A stretch of 64,000 nucleotides of DNA from Octopus vulgaris (taxonomy: Eukaryota), in NCBI GenBank assembly GCA_951406725.2, contig OX597833.1, forward strand, positions 39,122,001 through 39,186,000, written 5' to 3'. Below are positions 29,000 through 42,584 of this stretch, one piece after another (the stretch's first letter is position 1; the number at the start of each line of letters is the position of its first letter). The notes beneath the pieces were generated by a model. That model made no database searches. It was not told the origin of the DNA and worked only from the letters and a program-made list of their open reading frames with translations. The position numbers were made by a program, and so were the translations under genes.

Positions 29000-30990
29000 A
29001 TAAAGCATATTTATTGTGTTGTGGTGTTGGCGGTGGTAAGTGTAGGGATGGACGTGCATGTGGGGGTGGCATGAGTGTGAGTGTAAATGTGAGTGTGAGT
29101 GTGGGGGTGGGTGGAGGTTGAGAGTGGGAGTGTAAAAGAGAAAGAAGCAAAGATATAGAGAGAGTGGAAGGAGACTTGAGTGGGGGAAAGGAGTAGAGAA
29201 AGAGATGGAGTGAAGGAGGGAAAGCAAGAGTGGGAAGGAAGGAAGAAAAGAAAAAAGTTAAGAGTGGAACAATCTGGAGAAAAATTAGGAGTGAAAAGGA
29301 AGAGTATGGAGAGTAGTGTTAGGAGTGAGAGGGACGATGGTTGTGGTTAGAGGGATGGATTGCGGTAGTGGTAGAGAGAAGGATGGTTTGATGGGAGAAG
29401 GAAAGTTTGTGTTGTCCTGAAAGAGAAGGATTGTGATGGTGGGAAAGATGGAAAGTTAGAGATGTTTGGGAAAGGATTGTAGTTGTAGGAGGGAGAAGGA
29501 AGGATAGTGGAAGTAAGAAAAGGAAGGATAGTGGAGGTGAGAGAAGGAAGGAAAGAGATGGTGGGAAAGAAGGAAGGTTAGAAACGGTTGGGGAAGCACT
29601 GTAGTGGTGGGAAATAGGGAAGGATAGTGGAGGTGAGACACGGAAGGATAGTAAATTGCCGCGTTCCCACACAGCCATGTTGCCATTCATTTGGCATTGT
29701 GCCACCGGGTGCCGGAATACGTCTTCACGCGAAGCAGCGGACTGGGGCTGTAGCATTGGTTCCATCCCATGCACCTTTCTGGCCATCCCCGCAGTGGAGG
29801 CGGGCAACCTGTTTCACGCTGGTGCATGGTCGTGCCTTCAGCCAACTGCAGTCGGCTTCAATGCACAGTCTCCACTGCGTTCCGTCACGTCGCCTATGCT
29901 GTGCCTTCCCAGCATGGCAGAAAGCACTCATGGCAGACGCCACCAGACCCGCGCATAGCCTTCGCTTGTGTTGGCGCTCCCTGCCTCCTGGCGCATTGTT
30001 GAGCCACCATCTGGTGGTGCGTGGTTTCATATGGGGCGTCCGGGGCATAGTGGGCATGAACAGCACGGCTTCACACCCTGGACACCATGGAGTGATACTG
30101 CTTCGGGCTCACTGTTGCATCGGTGTGCATGGCCCGGCTCCTCCTCACGTGGAGTTGGTCGTCACACCACGATGCATGGCAGGCGATCAGCCAGTGGCAA
30201 ACGGTTGACTTGGAATTGGTAATGGTGGGAGAGAGGAAAGGTTAAAGATGGTTGGGGAAGGATTGTTGTAGTGACAGAGAGGAAATGATTGAGCAAGTAA
30301 GAAAAAGAAGGATAGAGGTGTGAGAAAGATGGATAGTTGAGAATCCAAAAGGTAAAGATAGGAGGGTGAAGAGAGAAATATAATGGTGGTGGGAGGGAGT
30401 GGGAAGAATAGGAGTGGTGAAAGGGGTATGAGTAGTAGTGGCAAGAGAGAGGAAGGTGGAGAAAGGGAAGATAAAATAGAAGGATATTAGATGTGAGAGA
30501 GGTTGAATGATAGAGCTAAGACTAGGATGAAGGATAGGTGGAATAATAGAGAGAAGGATACAGAAGAAAGGATAGAAGAAATGTAGAGAAAAATAGAGGA
30601 GATAAAGAAGGATAGGGGGTGAGGGATTAAAAAAAAAGAGTCAAGAAAGAATAATGAAAAGGATACAGAGAAGGATAAGGGAATCAAATGTGAGTGAAGA
30701 ATAATAGAAGAATAAAAGGGGGGATACAAGAGAAGAATAAACTACAAGGTAGAGGTGGAAGGATAGAGCAAAGACCAGGGAAAGATAGCAGGGGAGATAG
30801 AAGGAAGGATAAAAAAGGTAGGAGGAAGTATAGAGGAAAGGTTAAAAGTGGAAAGGCTGAGGTAAGCATAAAGAAGATACAAGGTAAGATAAAGACAAAG
30901 ATTCAAGAAAGGATACAGGCGAAAGATATAGACAGGAAAGGAAAGACGAAGGAGTAACAGGAAGGATAGAGGGGAAGGATAGAAAGTGAA
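29000..30990. repeat. Purine-rich (GA-rich) low-complexity tract
   Basis: gaaggatag-type degenerate units, interrupted by the GC-rich island at 29656-30221. Confidence 0.7.
29656..30221 (+). pseudogene. Probable decayed 28S rDNA fragment (D8/ES27L expansion segment plus the start of the conserved core)
   Basis: About 60% GC in an AT-rich window, with many CA/TG dinucleotides (CpG decay) and TTCG/TTCA loop-like motifs. The 3' end AACGGTTGACTTGGAATTGGTA (30200-30221) differs only by transitions from the recalled LSU motif AACAGCCGACTTAGAACTGGTA that follows D8. Confidence 0.6.
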
Positions 30991-32042
30991 AACATTGAGA
31001 AATACCTAATTTACAAAATCAACTGTAACAACAACAGGCAAAAACAGTAACAATGAAAAGCATAAGGAACAGCATCAATCAACGTAAACAACAAACAAAC
31101 AATAATATCATAACCACAACAAAAACAATAACAATCAGTTTACTGTGGAAGTTCTTGACAAGTGGAATTTAATTTACATGGAGTATTATATGAAGTGGAA
31201 ATATTGTTGTTGTTGTTAGTGGTGTTGATGGTGGTGATGAAGGGAGTGGGGTTCATGGTAGAAGAGGTGTTAGGGATGATGGCTGTGGTAATAGTGGTTG
31301 TGGTGATAGTACTTGTATTAGCTTGTAGGGGTGGTGGTCGAGTAGTGGTGGTGGCGGTGGTAGTGTTGGGGCTGGTAGTGGTAGTTATGATAGTAGTGGT
31401 GGTGGCAGTGGTAGCTGTGATAGTGGTGATGATGGGCATGGTGGTGGTGTTGGTAGTGGTGATGGTGGTAGTTGTGGTAGCAGTGGAGGTGGTAGTGGTG
31501 GTGGTGGTGGTAGTCGTGATAATGGTAGTGGTGGTAGTAGTGGTGATGGGGTAGTAGTGGTAGTGGTGGCAGTGGTGGTGGTGGTAGTGGTGGTTGTGGT
31601 GGTATTGGTGGTAGTGGTGGTTTTCTGTAAAGGTGGGGGAACACTGTGTGTTATCTGTTCAATTGGTTGTCATGACATTATGCAAATGAAATTGGATTAT
31701 TTGTGAAAGGAGCTTGATTTTGTTGTGTTGTAGTTGTTGTTGTTGTGGTTGTTGTTGCTGTTCATGTTGTTGCTGTTGATGCTGCTGCTGCTACTGATGT
31801 TTATTGTTTATGCTGCTGTTGAGGATGTTATTTTCTTTTTGATGTTATTATTAATATTTTTGTTGTTATTGTTGCTCTTGTTGTTTTTGATGATATATTT
31901 AAAGGAGTAAGGCTTCCAAGGTGTTGGTCGCTAGAGGTGGTGGTGGTAGTGCTATACTACTACTATTACTACTACTACTACTGCTGCTGCTGCTACTATT
32001 GCTGCTGCTACTACTACTACTACTGTTGCCACTACTACTACA

Positions 32043-32082
<40 letters not shown>

Positions 32083-32127
32083 TTGCTGCTGCTGCTGCTA
32101 CTACTACTACTACTCTTGCTGCTGCTG

Positions 32128-32163
<36 letters not shown>

Positions 32164-32175
32164 TTGCTGCTGCTG

Positions 32176-32208
<33 letters not shown>

Positions 32209-32256
32209 TTGCTGCTGCTGCTACTACTACTACTACTACTCTTGCTGCTGCTGCTA

Positions 32257-32309
<53 letters not shown>

Positions 32310-33098
32310 TTTACATGATACGCAATTACATGCTTGCATACTTTTGCTGCAGACATGCATATCCATGTATGCATGTTCATGTTTACTGATGTAAATCTGC
32401 TGCACTCGCATAGATGTAAACACAGACAAACATGCAACATGTGCACTATTACATGTGCACATTCATATGTATGTATGTATGTACGTATGTATATATGCAT
32501 ACATGCAGTCAATCATGCGTACTTTACGAAGCATAATTTTCATTTCTTCAAACACCTACATGCTTGCAGACATGTATACATGTGAACACACACATGCATG
32601 TATACATGGATGCATATATGTATGCATACATGCATCTCATACACATTAATATGAAACTGATGGGATAATTATATCGGTGTGAGATATTAGATATCCCAGA
32701 TAGTTTCATATTAATTATGGTTAGATTATTAATTAGTTAGTAATTGGATATTAATGAGATATTAAATATCAATCATTCCCAGTTGAATAACAGTGATGTC
32801 ATGTGACTGCAGATTGGATATTAGACAATGAGATATTAGTCATATCAATCATGATAACATGATGTATGGATAATGGATATTGAAAAATGAGATATGCCCT
32901 GGATATTAGATAACATATAAATCTGTTAAATATATTAGTTTGCATATGATATATAAGATAGTGAATATACCATATATATGTGTGTGCATGTGTGTGTGTG
33001 TGTGCATGTGTGTGTGTGTGTATGTGTATTGTGTGTCTGATATATATATATATATATGTATATAATATACAATATATATAATATATAATATATATGAT

Positions 33099-33261
33099 AG
33101 GCGCAAGAGTGGCTGTGTGGTAAGTAGCTTGTTTACCAACCACATGGTTCCGGGTTCAGTCCCACTGCGTGGCACCTTGGGCAAGTGTCTTCTACTATAG
33201 CCTCAGGCCGACCAAAGCCTTGTGAGTGGATTTGGTAGACAGAAACTGAAAGAAGCCCATC

Positions 33262-33304
<43 letters not shown>

Positions 33305-33515
33305 CGTGTATGTTTGTATGTCTGTGTTTGTCCCCCCAACATCGCTTGACAACTGATGCTGGTGAGTTTACGTCCCTGTCACTTAGCGGTTCGGCAAAAG
33401 AGACCGATAGAATAAGTACTGGGCTTACAAAAGAATAAGTCCCGGGATCGAGTTGCTCGATTAAAGGTGGTGCTCCAGCATGGCTGCAGTCAAATGACTG
33501 AAACAAGTAAAAAAA
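33099..33515 (+). mobile_element. Dominant ~400-bp tRNA-derived SINE with internal (TA/TG)n (representative copy)
   Basis: Head GTGGCTGTGTGGTAAG..GGTTCAGTCCC, tail CAGTCAAATGACTGAAACAAGTAAAA. Other copies at approx. 2553-3335(-), 4945-5342(-), 5977-7830(+, split by Tc1), 9722-10046(-), 19063-19490, 21903-22195, 23195-23572, 37688-38095, 39760-40165(-), 57885-58310(-), 61530-61920(-), 62670-62950. Confidence 0.9.
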
Positions 33516-33918
33516 AAATATATATATATATAAATGTATACACACACATACTCACATATACATGTATACATACACACGCACACACATATATCATCATCAT
33601 CATCATCGTCATCATCATTGTCATCATCATTGTCATCATCATTGTCATCATCATCACCATCATCATTTAATGCCTGGCATGGGTCGGACAGTTTGACAGA
33701 AAATGACAACAAACCAGAAAACTGCATCAAACTCTTCTGACAGCTCTAGCATGCTTTTTCTGGCTGCATACCCTTCATAATGCCAACCACTATGTCTATA
33801 CATATGCACACATGTATATATATAGACACATTTGTACACAAACACACACACATATATATATATATACACATATATACAAAAAAACACACATACACATATA
33901 TATATGTATATCTATATA

Positions 33919-34298
33919 CACTTGCGTCAGAAATTAATTAGCACTTCTCAAAATTCTACATTAAATAGGTTAAATCAATTAACCTATGAGCTGTTCAAAA
34001 CGTCTTACGCGATGAGAAAACTTAGTATGGTGTGATTTTGGTCCTTGCGAGGCACTACCTATATCTATTAAACAAAGGAAGATTTGTCTGCATCCGCACT
34101 CCAAGTTGTTGTTACACTGCTATGTCAACATCATAAGGCTGTAGACTCTCAAACTGCTCTGCAAACAAAGTTACGTCATCGTTCTGCGCAACAGTGAACT
34201 CGCAACAAAGCAATAGTTCGAGATATGGCCACTAGGTGACAGCACATACCTTGAGTGAAGAGCAAATCAAGGGTTCTAATTAATTTCTGACGGTAGTG
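33919..34298. mobile_element. Tc1/mariner-type MITE
   Basis: TIRs CACTTGCGTCAGAAATTAATTAGCAC / GTTCTAATTAATTTCTGACGGTAGTG, TA on both sides, no ORF. Confidence 0.8.
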
Positions 34299-34744
34299 TA
34301 TATATATATATAGACATATGTGTTTGTATGTGTGTGTGTTATGTGGCCTAGTGGTTAGAGTATTTGTTTCACAATTGTCAGATCATGAGTTCGATTCTCA
34401 GATGCATGTTGTGTGTTTGAGCAAGGCACTTTATTTCATATTTCTTCAGTCCACTCATCTGGCAAAAAGGAATAGTATCTGTATGTCAAAGGGCTGACTG
34501 TGCATCTTAAGGTGGTGAGCTGGCAGAAATGTTAGCACGCTGGGCAAAATGCTTAGTAGTATTTCATCTGTCTTTATGTTCTGAGTTCAAATTCTGCCAA
34601 GGCCAAATTTGCCTTTCATCCTTTCGGAGTCAATAAATTAAGTACCAGTTGCATACTGGGGTCGGTCTTATCGACTGGCCCCCTTCCCCAAAATTTCAGG
34701 CCTTGTGCCTAGAGTAGAAAAGAATGTACTGTACATGTGTAGAC

Positions 34745-34982
34745 CTGGCAAGCCAAGTGAGATCGTTGTTGTGGCAAATGCTGGTGTTACATAACTGGAA
34801 TCTGTCCAGGTGGCATGTAAAAAGCACCAACTACACTCTGGTTGGTGTCAAGAAGGGCATCCAACTGTAGAAACCATGTCAAATCAGATCGGAACCTGGT
34901 GCAGCTCCCTGGTTTACCAGCTTTCAGTCAAACCATCCAACCCATGCCAGCATGGAAAACGGACGTTAAATGATGATGATGA
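34745..34982 (+). mobile_element. SINE with GGAAGGGCATCCAGCTGTAGAAAC core and (GAT)n tail
   Basis: Related copies at ~1700-1880 and 14590-14850. Confidence 0.75.
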
Positions 34983-35725
34983 GTAGTCAGGCATCATCAA
35001 TGATGTTAGTTGAATATCGGTTTGATTTCATAACTGTATGGATATTATTCCTGCGGGACAGAAGTGTTCATTATAAATTAGAAAACAGACTCTTTGAGAC
35101 AATAATAATTATTTCTACAAAGAAGTTTTGGTTTGAGCACCACTGCAGTCCATATTTATGAGATGTTGACAAGTGAATTTTCAATCTATTTTTGGAGAAG
35201 ATGATCAAGTGTTGTAAAAATATATCCTGGCGCGTACTATTGTTAATTAATTTATTACATTTGTTCTTGTTTCTCATCATTGTCATCATCATCACCACTA
35301 CCACCACCACCACCACCATCATCATCAGTGTCATCATCATCATCGTCATCGTCATCATCGTCATCGTCATCCTCATCATCATTGTCATTGTCATCACCAC
35401 CACCACCACCACAACCACCACCACTGCCACCGCTGCTGCTACTACCATCATCATTGCCACCATCACCACTGCCACTACCATTACCACTACCACTACCACC
35501 ACCACTGCCGCCACCCCTGCCTCCACCCCCATCATCATCATCATAATCCCATGGCCACTATCATCATCACTATCATTATTATTACATCTAACATACTCAG
35601 CTTGTTGCTGGAAGTGTCATTAATGTTCCAGCTGTCTGATTCCCATGAACTAAAGTGGTACGTTCTTTTCAAGTCCTGAGAACTTTGTTGAGACTCCTTG
35701 CACAGCCAAGTAATTCTATTATTAA

Positions 35726-35789
<64 letters not shown>

Positions 35790-36581
35790 GTTATTATTAT
35801 TAATATTATTGTTGTTGTTGTTGTTGTTGGTATCACAGAGTGATATATGCTGCCTGCCAGCAATTTTGCTGAATATGGCAAGTGCAGTCTGAGAAGAATG
35901 GTCTTATTCTCACTATGTGCCTACAGGATGGAAAGCACTAGAGAGAGAGAGAGAGAGAGAGATAGCTCTTGCCCCTAGCTATAACAGTAATTCAGGTTCC
36001 CTGATTGAGCCCAGGTGGTTTTCCCCATTGTTAAAATCTCTCATTAGGTCCCTTTTGAATATTATTAGTTTCCATCCCTGATTTTGTTTTCCTTAATTGA
36101 TTTTGCCTAAATACCCTCTATTTGGATAATTTATACTTAAAATATCCTGTCTTTCACTGCAAAGTAGAATCGTTGAACAAAATACTTGGTAGCATATCTT
36201 CTGGATCTTTATGATCTGAGTTCAAATCCTGCTGAGGTCAACTTGGCCTTTCACCATTTCTGGAGTTGATGTAATCGACTAAACCCCTCCATGAAAAATT
36301 GCTGCGCTTATGCCAAAATTTGAAATAATTATTATTAATATTATTATTGCTGGCAGAATCATTAGTAGCTAAGCACCGAATCTTCTGTGTTTTTTTATGT
36401 TCTGAGTTCAAATTCTGCAGAGGTCAACTTTGCATTTCATCCTTCAAAAATTGATAAAATAAAATACCAGTCATGTTCTCGAGTTAATGAAATTGACTAA
36501 TTATCTCCCTCTAATATTGCCTGTGTTTGTGCCAAAATTTAAAACAAGTTGGAAGGATGAAATATATCTATGATTAAATGC

Positions 36582-37313
36582 AGGGCACAGCAGAAAGGTT
36601 GCCCCAGGCGAGCTGGCAGAAATGTTAGCACGCTGGGCGAAATGCTTAGCAGTATTTCGTCAGCCGCTTTGTTCTGAGTTCAAGTTCCGCCGAGGTCGAC
36701 TTTGCCTTTCATCCTTTCAGGGTCGATTAAATAAGTACCAGTTGCGTGCACTGGGGTCAATGTAATCGATTTAATCCCTTTGTCTGTCCTTGTTTATTCC
36801 CTCTATGTTTAGCCACTTGTGAGCAATAAAGAAATAAGAAAGGTTGCCCCAATTTCAACAGTTAATAAAAAGCAATCACATGAAGATACAAGAAAAAAAT
36901 GGTGCTCCCCACTCCAGGCCATGGCAGGTACTATCTAAAACAGAAAAAAAAATGGCATTTAATGAACTTCATAGAAATACAAAGAAATACAAAGGCGGCA
37001 AGCTGGCTGAAACATTAGCACGCCGGAATAAATGCTTAGCAGTATTTCGTCTGCCATTACATTCTGAGTTAAAATTCTGCCGAGGTCGACTTTGCCTTTT
37101 ATCATTTTGGGGGTCGATAAATTAAGTACCAGTTACGCACTGGGGTCGATGTAATCGACTTAATCCCTTTGTGTGTCCTTGTTTGTCCCCTCTATGTTTA
37201 GCCCCTTGTGGGCAATAAAGAAATAAGAAATACAAAGCTTTTTCATGCATCTTCTTGTGTTTTTTTTTTTTTTATTAACCTTTGATATTGGGCAACCTTT
37301 CTGTCACACCCTG
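36582..37313. mobile_element. MITE carrying two nested Nin-domain SINEs
   Basis: TIRs CAGGGCACAGCAGAAAGGTTGCCC / GGGCAACCTTTCTGTCACACCCTG. SINE ~36606-36838 has TSD AGAAAGGTTGCCCCA; SINE ~36992-37230 has TSD AGAAATACAAAG. Confidence 0.75.
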
Positions 37314-38122
37314 TATTTGCGCATCATTAAATGGGCCAGACCCCCCCCCGCCAAAAAAAAAAACCCCCCTCAAGAGACATTGGGTATAGTGAATGAAGAT
37401 CAATAACTAATTGTCACTATAGTGCTTTGTCAAAATGGACTTGCCAGAAAGCCACAGAACCATATTGGAACTATGCCCAGTGGAAAGTACTAAGAAAGAG
37501 AGCATGAGGCTGGTCAGAGTAAAACATACTTTAGAGTTGAAAATCCAGAAGAACTGAGAAGACTAAGTAAAAACAAAGAAAGAAAAATGATGAAAATTAA
37601 CATCAGTAAAATCGACATCAACAACAGACCCCAGTTTCCAGAGCACCAGCAACCATAATTCTGGGGTTAACAAAGAAAGTATCTTTAATGTGGCTGTGTG
37701 GTAAGTAGCTTGCTAACCAACCACATGGTTCCGGGTTCAGTTCCACTGCGTGGCATCTTGGGCAAGTGTCTTCTGCTATAGCTCCGGGCCAAACAAAGCC
37801 TTGTGAGTGGATTTGGTAGACGGAAACTGAAAGAAGCCTGTCGCATATATGTATATATATATATATATATGTGTGTGTGTTTGTGTGTCTGTGTTTGTCC
37901 CCCTAGCATTTCTTGACAACCGATGCTGGTGTATTTACGTCCCCGTCACTTTGCGGTTTGGCAAAAAGAGACCGATAGAAAAATTACTGGGCTTACAAAG
38001 AATAAGTCCCAGGGTCGGTTTGCTCGACTAAAGGCGGTGCTCCAGCATGGCCGCAGTCAAATGAGTGAAACAAGTAAAAGAAATAAAAAAGAAAGAAAAA
38101 GAAAGAAAAATATGAGCCAAAG

Positions 38123-38640
38123 GTAGTGTTTATCCACACTTTAATGTGGGTGTCCTCTAAGAGACAACGATACTGCAACTTTAACCCCAGTAAGACATCT
38201 CCAGCTGGTTTATTCAGTGTGCTTTCCACACTCAATATTTATTGCAAGTGGGAGATTACTCCTACAATCTGAGCAATAAATATTGAGTGCTTTTATCTTG
38301 GAGAGATTTTTTAATGGACTAATTTCCTAATTACAAAATGGGTGGTTGTATGACACTGTATTTTCTGTATCTTGCAAGTGAGGTTAAACTACTGCCATAC
38401 TTAACAAATGAGTGCACCCCACCGAAGAGATCCAATAAGATTGAAATTATGGGATGTAGTGGTCTCAAAGTTTGGATGGCAGGAGTTATTACCCACTTGC
38501 AATAAATATTGTGTGCAGAAAGAGCACTGAATAAACCAGCTGGATGAGATGTCTTCCTGGGGTTAAAATTGCAGTATCGTTATCTCTTAGAGGACACCCA
38601 CATTAAAGTGAGGATAAACACTACATTATCTTTAGGTTTA
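38123..38640 (+). mobile_element. Fold-back HHR element related to the 41.6-42.7 kb array
   Basis: Inverted arms 38123-38263 and 38481-38624; HHR at 38415-38456; shares GACA.CCACATTAAA.TG..ATAAA with the array units. Confidence 0.75.
38415..38456 (+). ncRNA. Minimal type I hammerhead ribozyme (U4C variant)
   Basis: CACCCCA-CCGAAGA-GATC-caataa-GATT-GAAA-TTA-TGGGATG; stem I 6 of 7 paired. Confidence 0.6.
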
Positions 38641-39519
38641 TTATCATAAATAAATAAGCAAGTTTCTTTTCTAACAGTAGCAACATGTAGTATCATACTT
38701 TCATCACGTTACAAAGGAGAATGGCAGACGAAAATTCCTAAATACTTGGTGAAATTACAAAGGGAAAAAAGACAGAAAAAAACCTCAGAAAATGAAGACT
38801 CAATATTAAACAATGAAAACTGATGAGAAAACCTGGCCAGTCTTACACACATTAGGTCAAATGTGAAACCATCTAACAATCTTTTTAACCTCCACAGCTA
38901 CATCTGTATCCAAAGACTGATGTCTCTCTACCCATTCTTTTGACATATTTTTCATGTATAGATTTCAGTATCTATTGGCAACAGGATATGCTTCAAAACT
39001 GCCTTCTATTTGATTAAGCTTTTGTTTTCGTTTTTTTTTCTTTTATTTTTTAATCTATTCCTCAGGAATTCATTTTACAAATAGACAGGCTGGTAAGCAG
39101 ACAGATGTTTGTCAGGAAAACATCAATCAAAACTAGCTAGCCTATGTATATAGTACAACTGCTCTGAAACTCCAAGACCTCTCAAGCTTCTGTCAATAAT
39201 TTCAAGACTCTAGTCACCTACAATGTGTTACTAATGGAAATAGTCTTGATACTGTGGTGAATATGTTTTCACATAAAGGGCATATCTATCATAAGTATTA
39301 ATGTACTTGGTTGTTTTTATTTTACTCAGTTTAGTAATTAGGTTTGGCTAAATGATTAAGATGCTTGTTGCACAGCTATAAATTTCTGGGTTCCATCCCA
39401 CAGCGTTATATATAGGGAAAGTATGAGCTACTATGATCTTTGGTTGTTGAGTCTCGAGGAGGTGATGACAAGTGACTGAGACTTCTGGCGTTTTGCTGTG
39501 CTTGAGATGACACATTGTG

Positions 39520-39762
39520 ACAGTGACATGTAAAGGGCACCAGTGCTGGTGATATGTGAAAGGACCCATGCTGGTGACATGTAAAAGGGCACCTGTGCCA
39601 GTGACACATAAAAAGCACCCATGCCAGTGACCTGTTGTAAGCACCCAAGCTAGTGACATGTAAAAGAGTACACATGCCAGTGATATGTAAACGGCACCTG
39701 TGCCAGTGACATGGGAAAAGCACCTGTGCTAATGACATGTAAAAGAGTACACATGCCAGTGA
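39520..39762. repeat. Tandem ~25-30 bp repeat (AGTGACATGTAAAAG.GCACC.GTGCC)
   Basis: About eight degenerate units; the motif resembles an internal SINE segment. Confidence 0.7.
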
Positions 39763-39921
39763 CTTATTCTTTGTAAGCCTAGTACTTATTCTATCGGTCT
39801 CTTTTGCCAAACCACTAAGTTATGGGGACATAAACATACCAGCATCAGTCATCAAGCGATGTTGGGGGACAAACACAGACACACAAACATATACACACAC
39901 ACACACACACACATACATACA

Positions 39922-39983
<62 letters not shown>

Positions 39984-40468
39984 TACATATATATATATAC
40001 ACGACGGGTGTCTTTCAGTTTCTGTCTACCAAATCCACTCACAAGGCTTTGGTTGGCCCCAGGTTATAGTAGAAGATACTTGTGCAAGGTGCCATGCAGT
40101 GGGGCTGAACCCGGAACCATGTGGTTCGTAAGCAAGCTACTTATCACACAGCCACTCCTATGCCTTGGATATATGTATGTATGAGGGGAAGTCAAAAATT
40201 ATCTGCACTTTCACCATGTCATATCTTTATTATAGGTCACACCACCTTCTGCACATGCATGCTTATAGTTGATTCTACTGTGTTCACATGATAGAAGTTT
40301 GAGCCTGATCGCACCATTTTTCTTCCTGGCTTTACAGTGTAAGCAAGGTCGCTCCACTAGCAATGCATATATGTATATATCTATGTGCAAACACACATAT
40401 ACATGTATGTAAATATCTATATATACATGTGTGTGTGTGCATGTCTGTGTATGCATGTCTGTGTGTGC

Positions 40469-40499
<31 letters not shown>

Positions 40500-41939
40500 T
40501 GTGTGTGTGTGTGCATGTGTGTGTATGTGCATGTGTGCGTGTGCATGTGTGTGTGTGTGTGTGCATGTGTGTGTGTGTGAGTGTGTGTGTGTGTGTGTGT
40601 ATAAAACCATAGATACACAATTAAGATTTATTACTATGCACAGAGAAATTAGGGAAACCACTCAGCTTCTACAATTTGACTTAATTACTAAAATGATAAA
40701 GCTGTTTCTTCTTCTTTTCCTCCTCCTCCTCCTCCTCCTCCTTGCCGTTGTCGTCATTGTCTTTGTCATCATTATCATCATCATCATCACCACCACAACC
40801 GCCACCACCACCATCATCATCCATTTTCTTCCTCCAACCCATCTCAGTTTGTTATATCATTATTTATTTGCATAACGTTGTTGTTGTTTAACTCTAGATC
40901 AGCCCTGATTGATAGACTTATGATCCAAGAGCTTCCAATCATGACCATCTCATCGTTTTCTCAGTACAAAGAACCCATGAATACATTATCCATTATATTA
41001 AGGCGGTGAGCTTGCAAAATCATTAGCACGCTAAGGCGGTGAGCTGGCAGAAATGTTAGCACACCGGGCAAAATGCTTAGCGGTATTTCAACTGTCTTTA
41101 TGTTCTGAGTTCAAATTCTGCCAAGGTCAACTTTGTCTTTAATCCTTTTAAGGTTGATAAGTTAAGTACAAGTTGTGTATTGGGGCCAATCTAATCGACT
41201 GGCCCCCTCCCTCAAAATTTTGGGCCTTGTACCTAGAGTAGAAAAGATTATCCATTATATTCCTTTTAAGATATTGGCGTGTGATTTGAAGTAAATTTTA
41301 CTACTTTTTCTAGCATTTCAAGTGACCACACATAGGCTTCCCCATTTGCTTGGTTGGCTTCCTCTATAACATTATGTTGTTTGGTATTTTGTACAATTGT
41401 TGTCTTCTTCTTCTTCTTCTTCTTCTTCTTCTTCTGCTTCTTCTTCACAATACCCAGTCTGGGAATCGAAACTGCGTTCCTACGACCACAAGTCTGCTGC
41501 CCTAACCACTGGGCCATTGTGCCTCCACTACAGTTGTTGTTGCTTCATCCCAGGCCAGCTCTTGGACATTGGCTGTTTTTTCTAGCATACTGATACTTGT
41601 AGAAGCACCTATATTAACATGTTTTTGTTTTTATTACGGAAGAAGTCCAGCAGACTTTGGTGCCTATAATGGATGATTCTTGTCTGCTATGATATATGTC
41701 TATGCTTTTAGGCACTATGCATCTCTATGAGAGGACCTCATAATGCTAATGTCCCAGTATTTAGCTTTCTTACAAGATAGCCACATTAAATTGGGTATAA
41801 AGATTGCCTTTTGGTTTTAATATAGATGCTGTCACTCATAATTATTTTTCAATAAATCTGCTGGCTATTTGTGACTGGAAAGGCACTGATATTCTACAAA
41901 CTGTGGCAGTGAGATTTGGCTGAAATGAGGCCACCAGAT

Positions 41940-41989
41940 ACCTGCCACTGAAGAAGTCCAGTAGACTGAAATCACTTGATCTGGCAGGT
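41940..41989 (+). ncRNA. Canonical type I hammerhead ribozyme
   Basis: ACCTGCCA-CTGAAGA-AGTC-cagta-GACT-GAAA-TC-actt-GA-TC-TGGCAGGT. Perfect 8-bp stem I, 4-bp stem II, short stem III, AUC triplet; predicted cleavage after C41981. Confidence 0.88.
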
Positions 41990-42287
41990 CCAGCACCCAT
42001 ACCAAATGATTCTTTGTCTGCTACAACATGTCTGTGCTTTTTTGCACCATGTGTCTATATGAAAGGACCTGTCAATGCTAATACTGCAGTTTTTTGGCAT
42101 TCCAAAAAGACATCCACATTAAACTGGATATAAAGATTGCCCTTTAGTACTGATATAAATTCTGTTACTAATACTTATTATTTAATAAACTCACTGACTA
42201 TTTGTGACAACAGTAACTGAGAAGACACTAATGGCTGCAAGAATTGGCTGAAATCATGTAATCTTGCAGTTCTGGTACCTATAAGAA

Positions 42288-42540
42288 GCATGGAACAAAC
42301 TGCTGGCAATCAGTTGTTAGTTGTCGGAACACTGCATCCTTCAAAACTTCCATGCTTCCTGAGATTCGCCAACACTGCACCTGATTTTCTCTCCTCCATA
42401 CACACACAAGCATGTATCTGACTCATACACTGTTCACTTCCCAGACATTTGTACATTACTGCATATACTTTATACACACTTTTGACAAGTTGTGGTGCAC
42501 CTGAGCACTGTATACAATAATTTCATTATTATTATTGTTG

Positions 42541-42582
<42 letters not shown>
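42288..42582 (+). mobile_element. CR1/L2-type LINE 3' end with (ATT)n tail
   Basis: AWNKL(P)..SVVSCRNTASFKTSML across a frameshift, then a 3' UTR and (ATT)n. Confidence 0.65.

Positions 42583-42584
<2 letters not shown>

Noticed and set aside
29627-30208. 193-aa ORF and overlapping ORFs in the GC-rich island
   Set aside because: No recognisable domain; open frames are expected from high GC; an rDNA relic explains the sequence better.
39520-39762. Regular ~27-bp repeats as a CRISPR array
   Set aside because: Contiguous degenerate units with no unique spacers, in a eukaryotic context with no cas genes.
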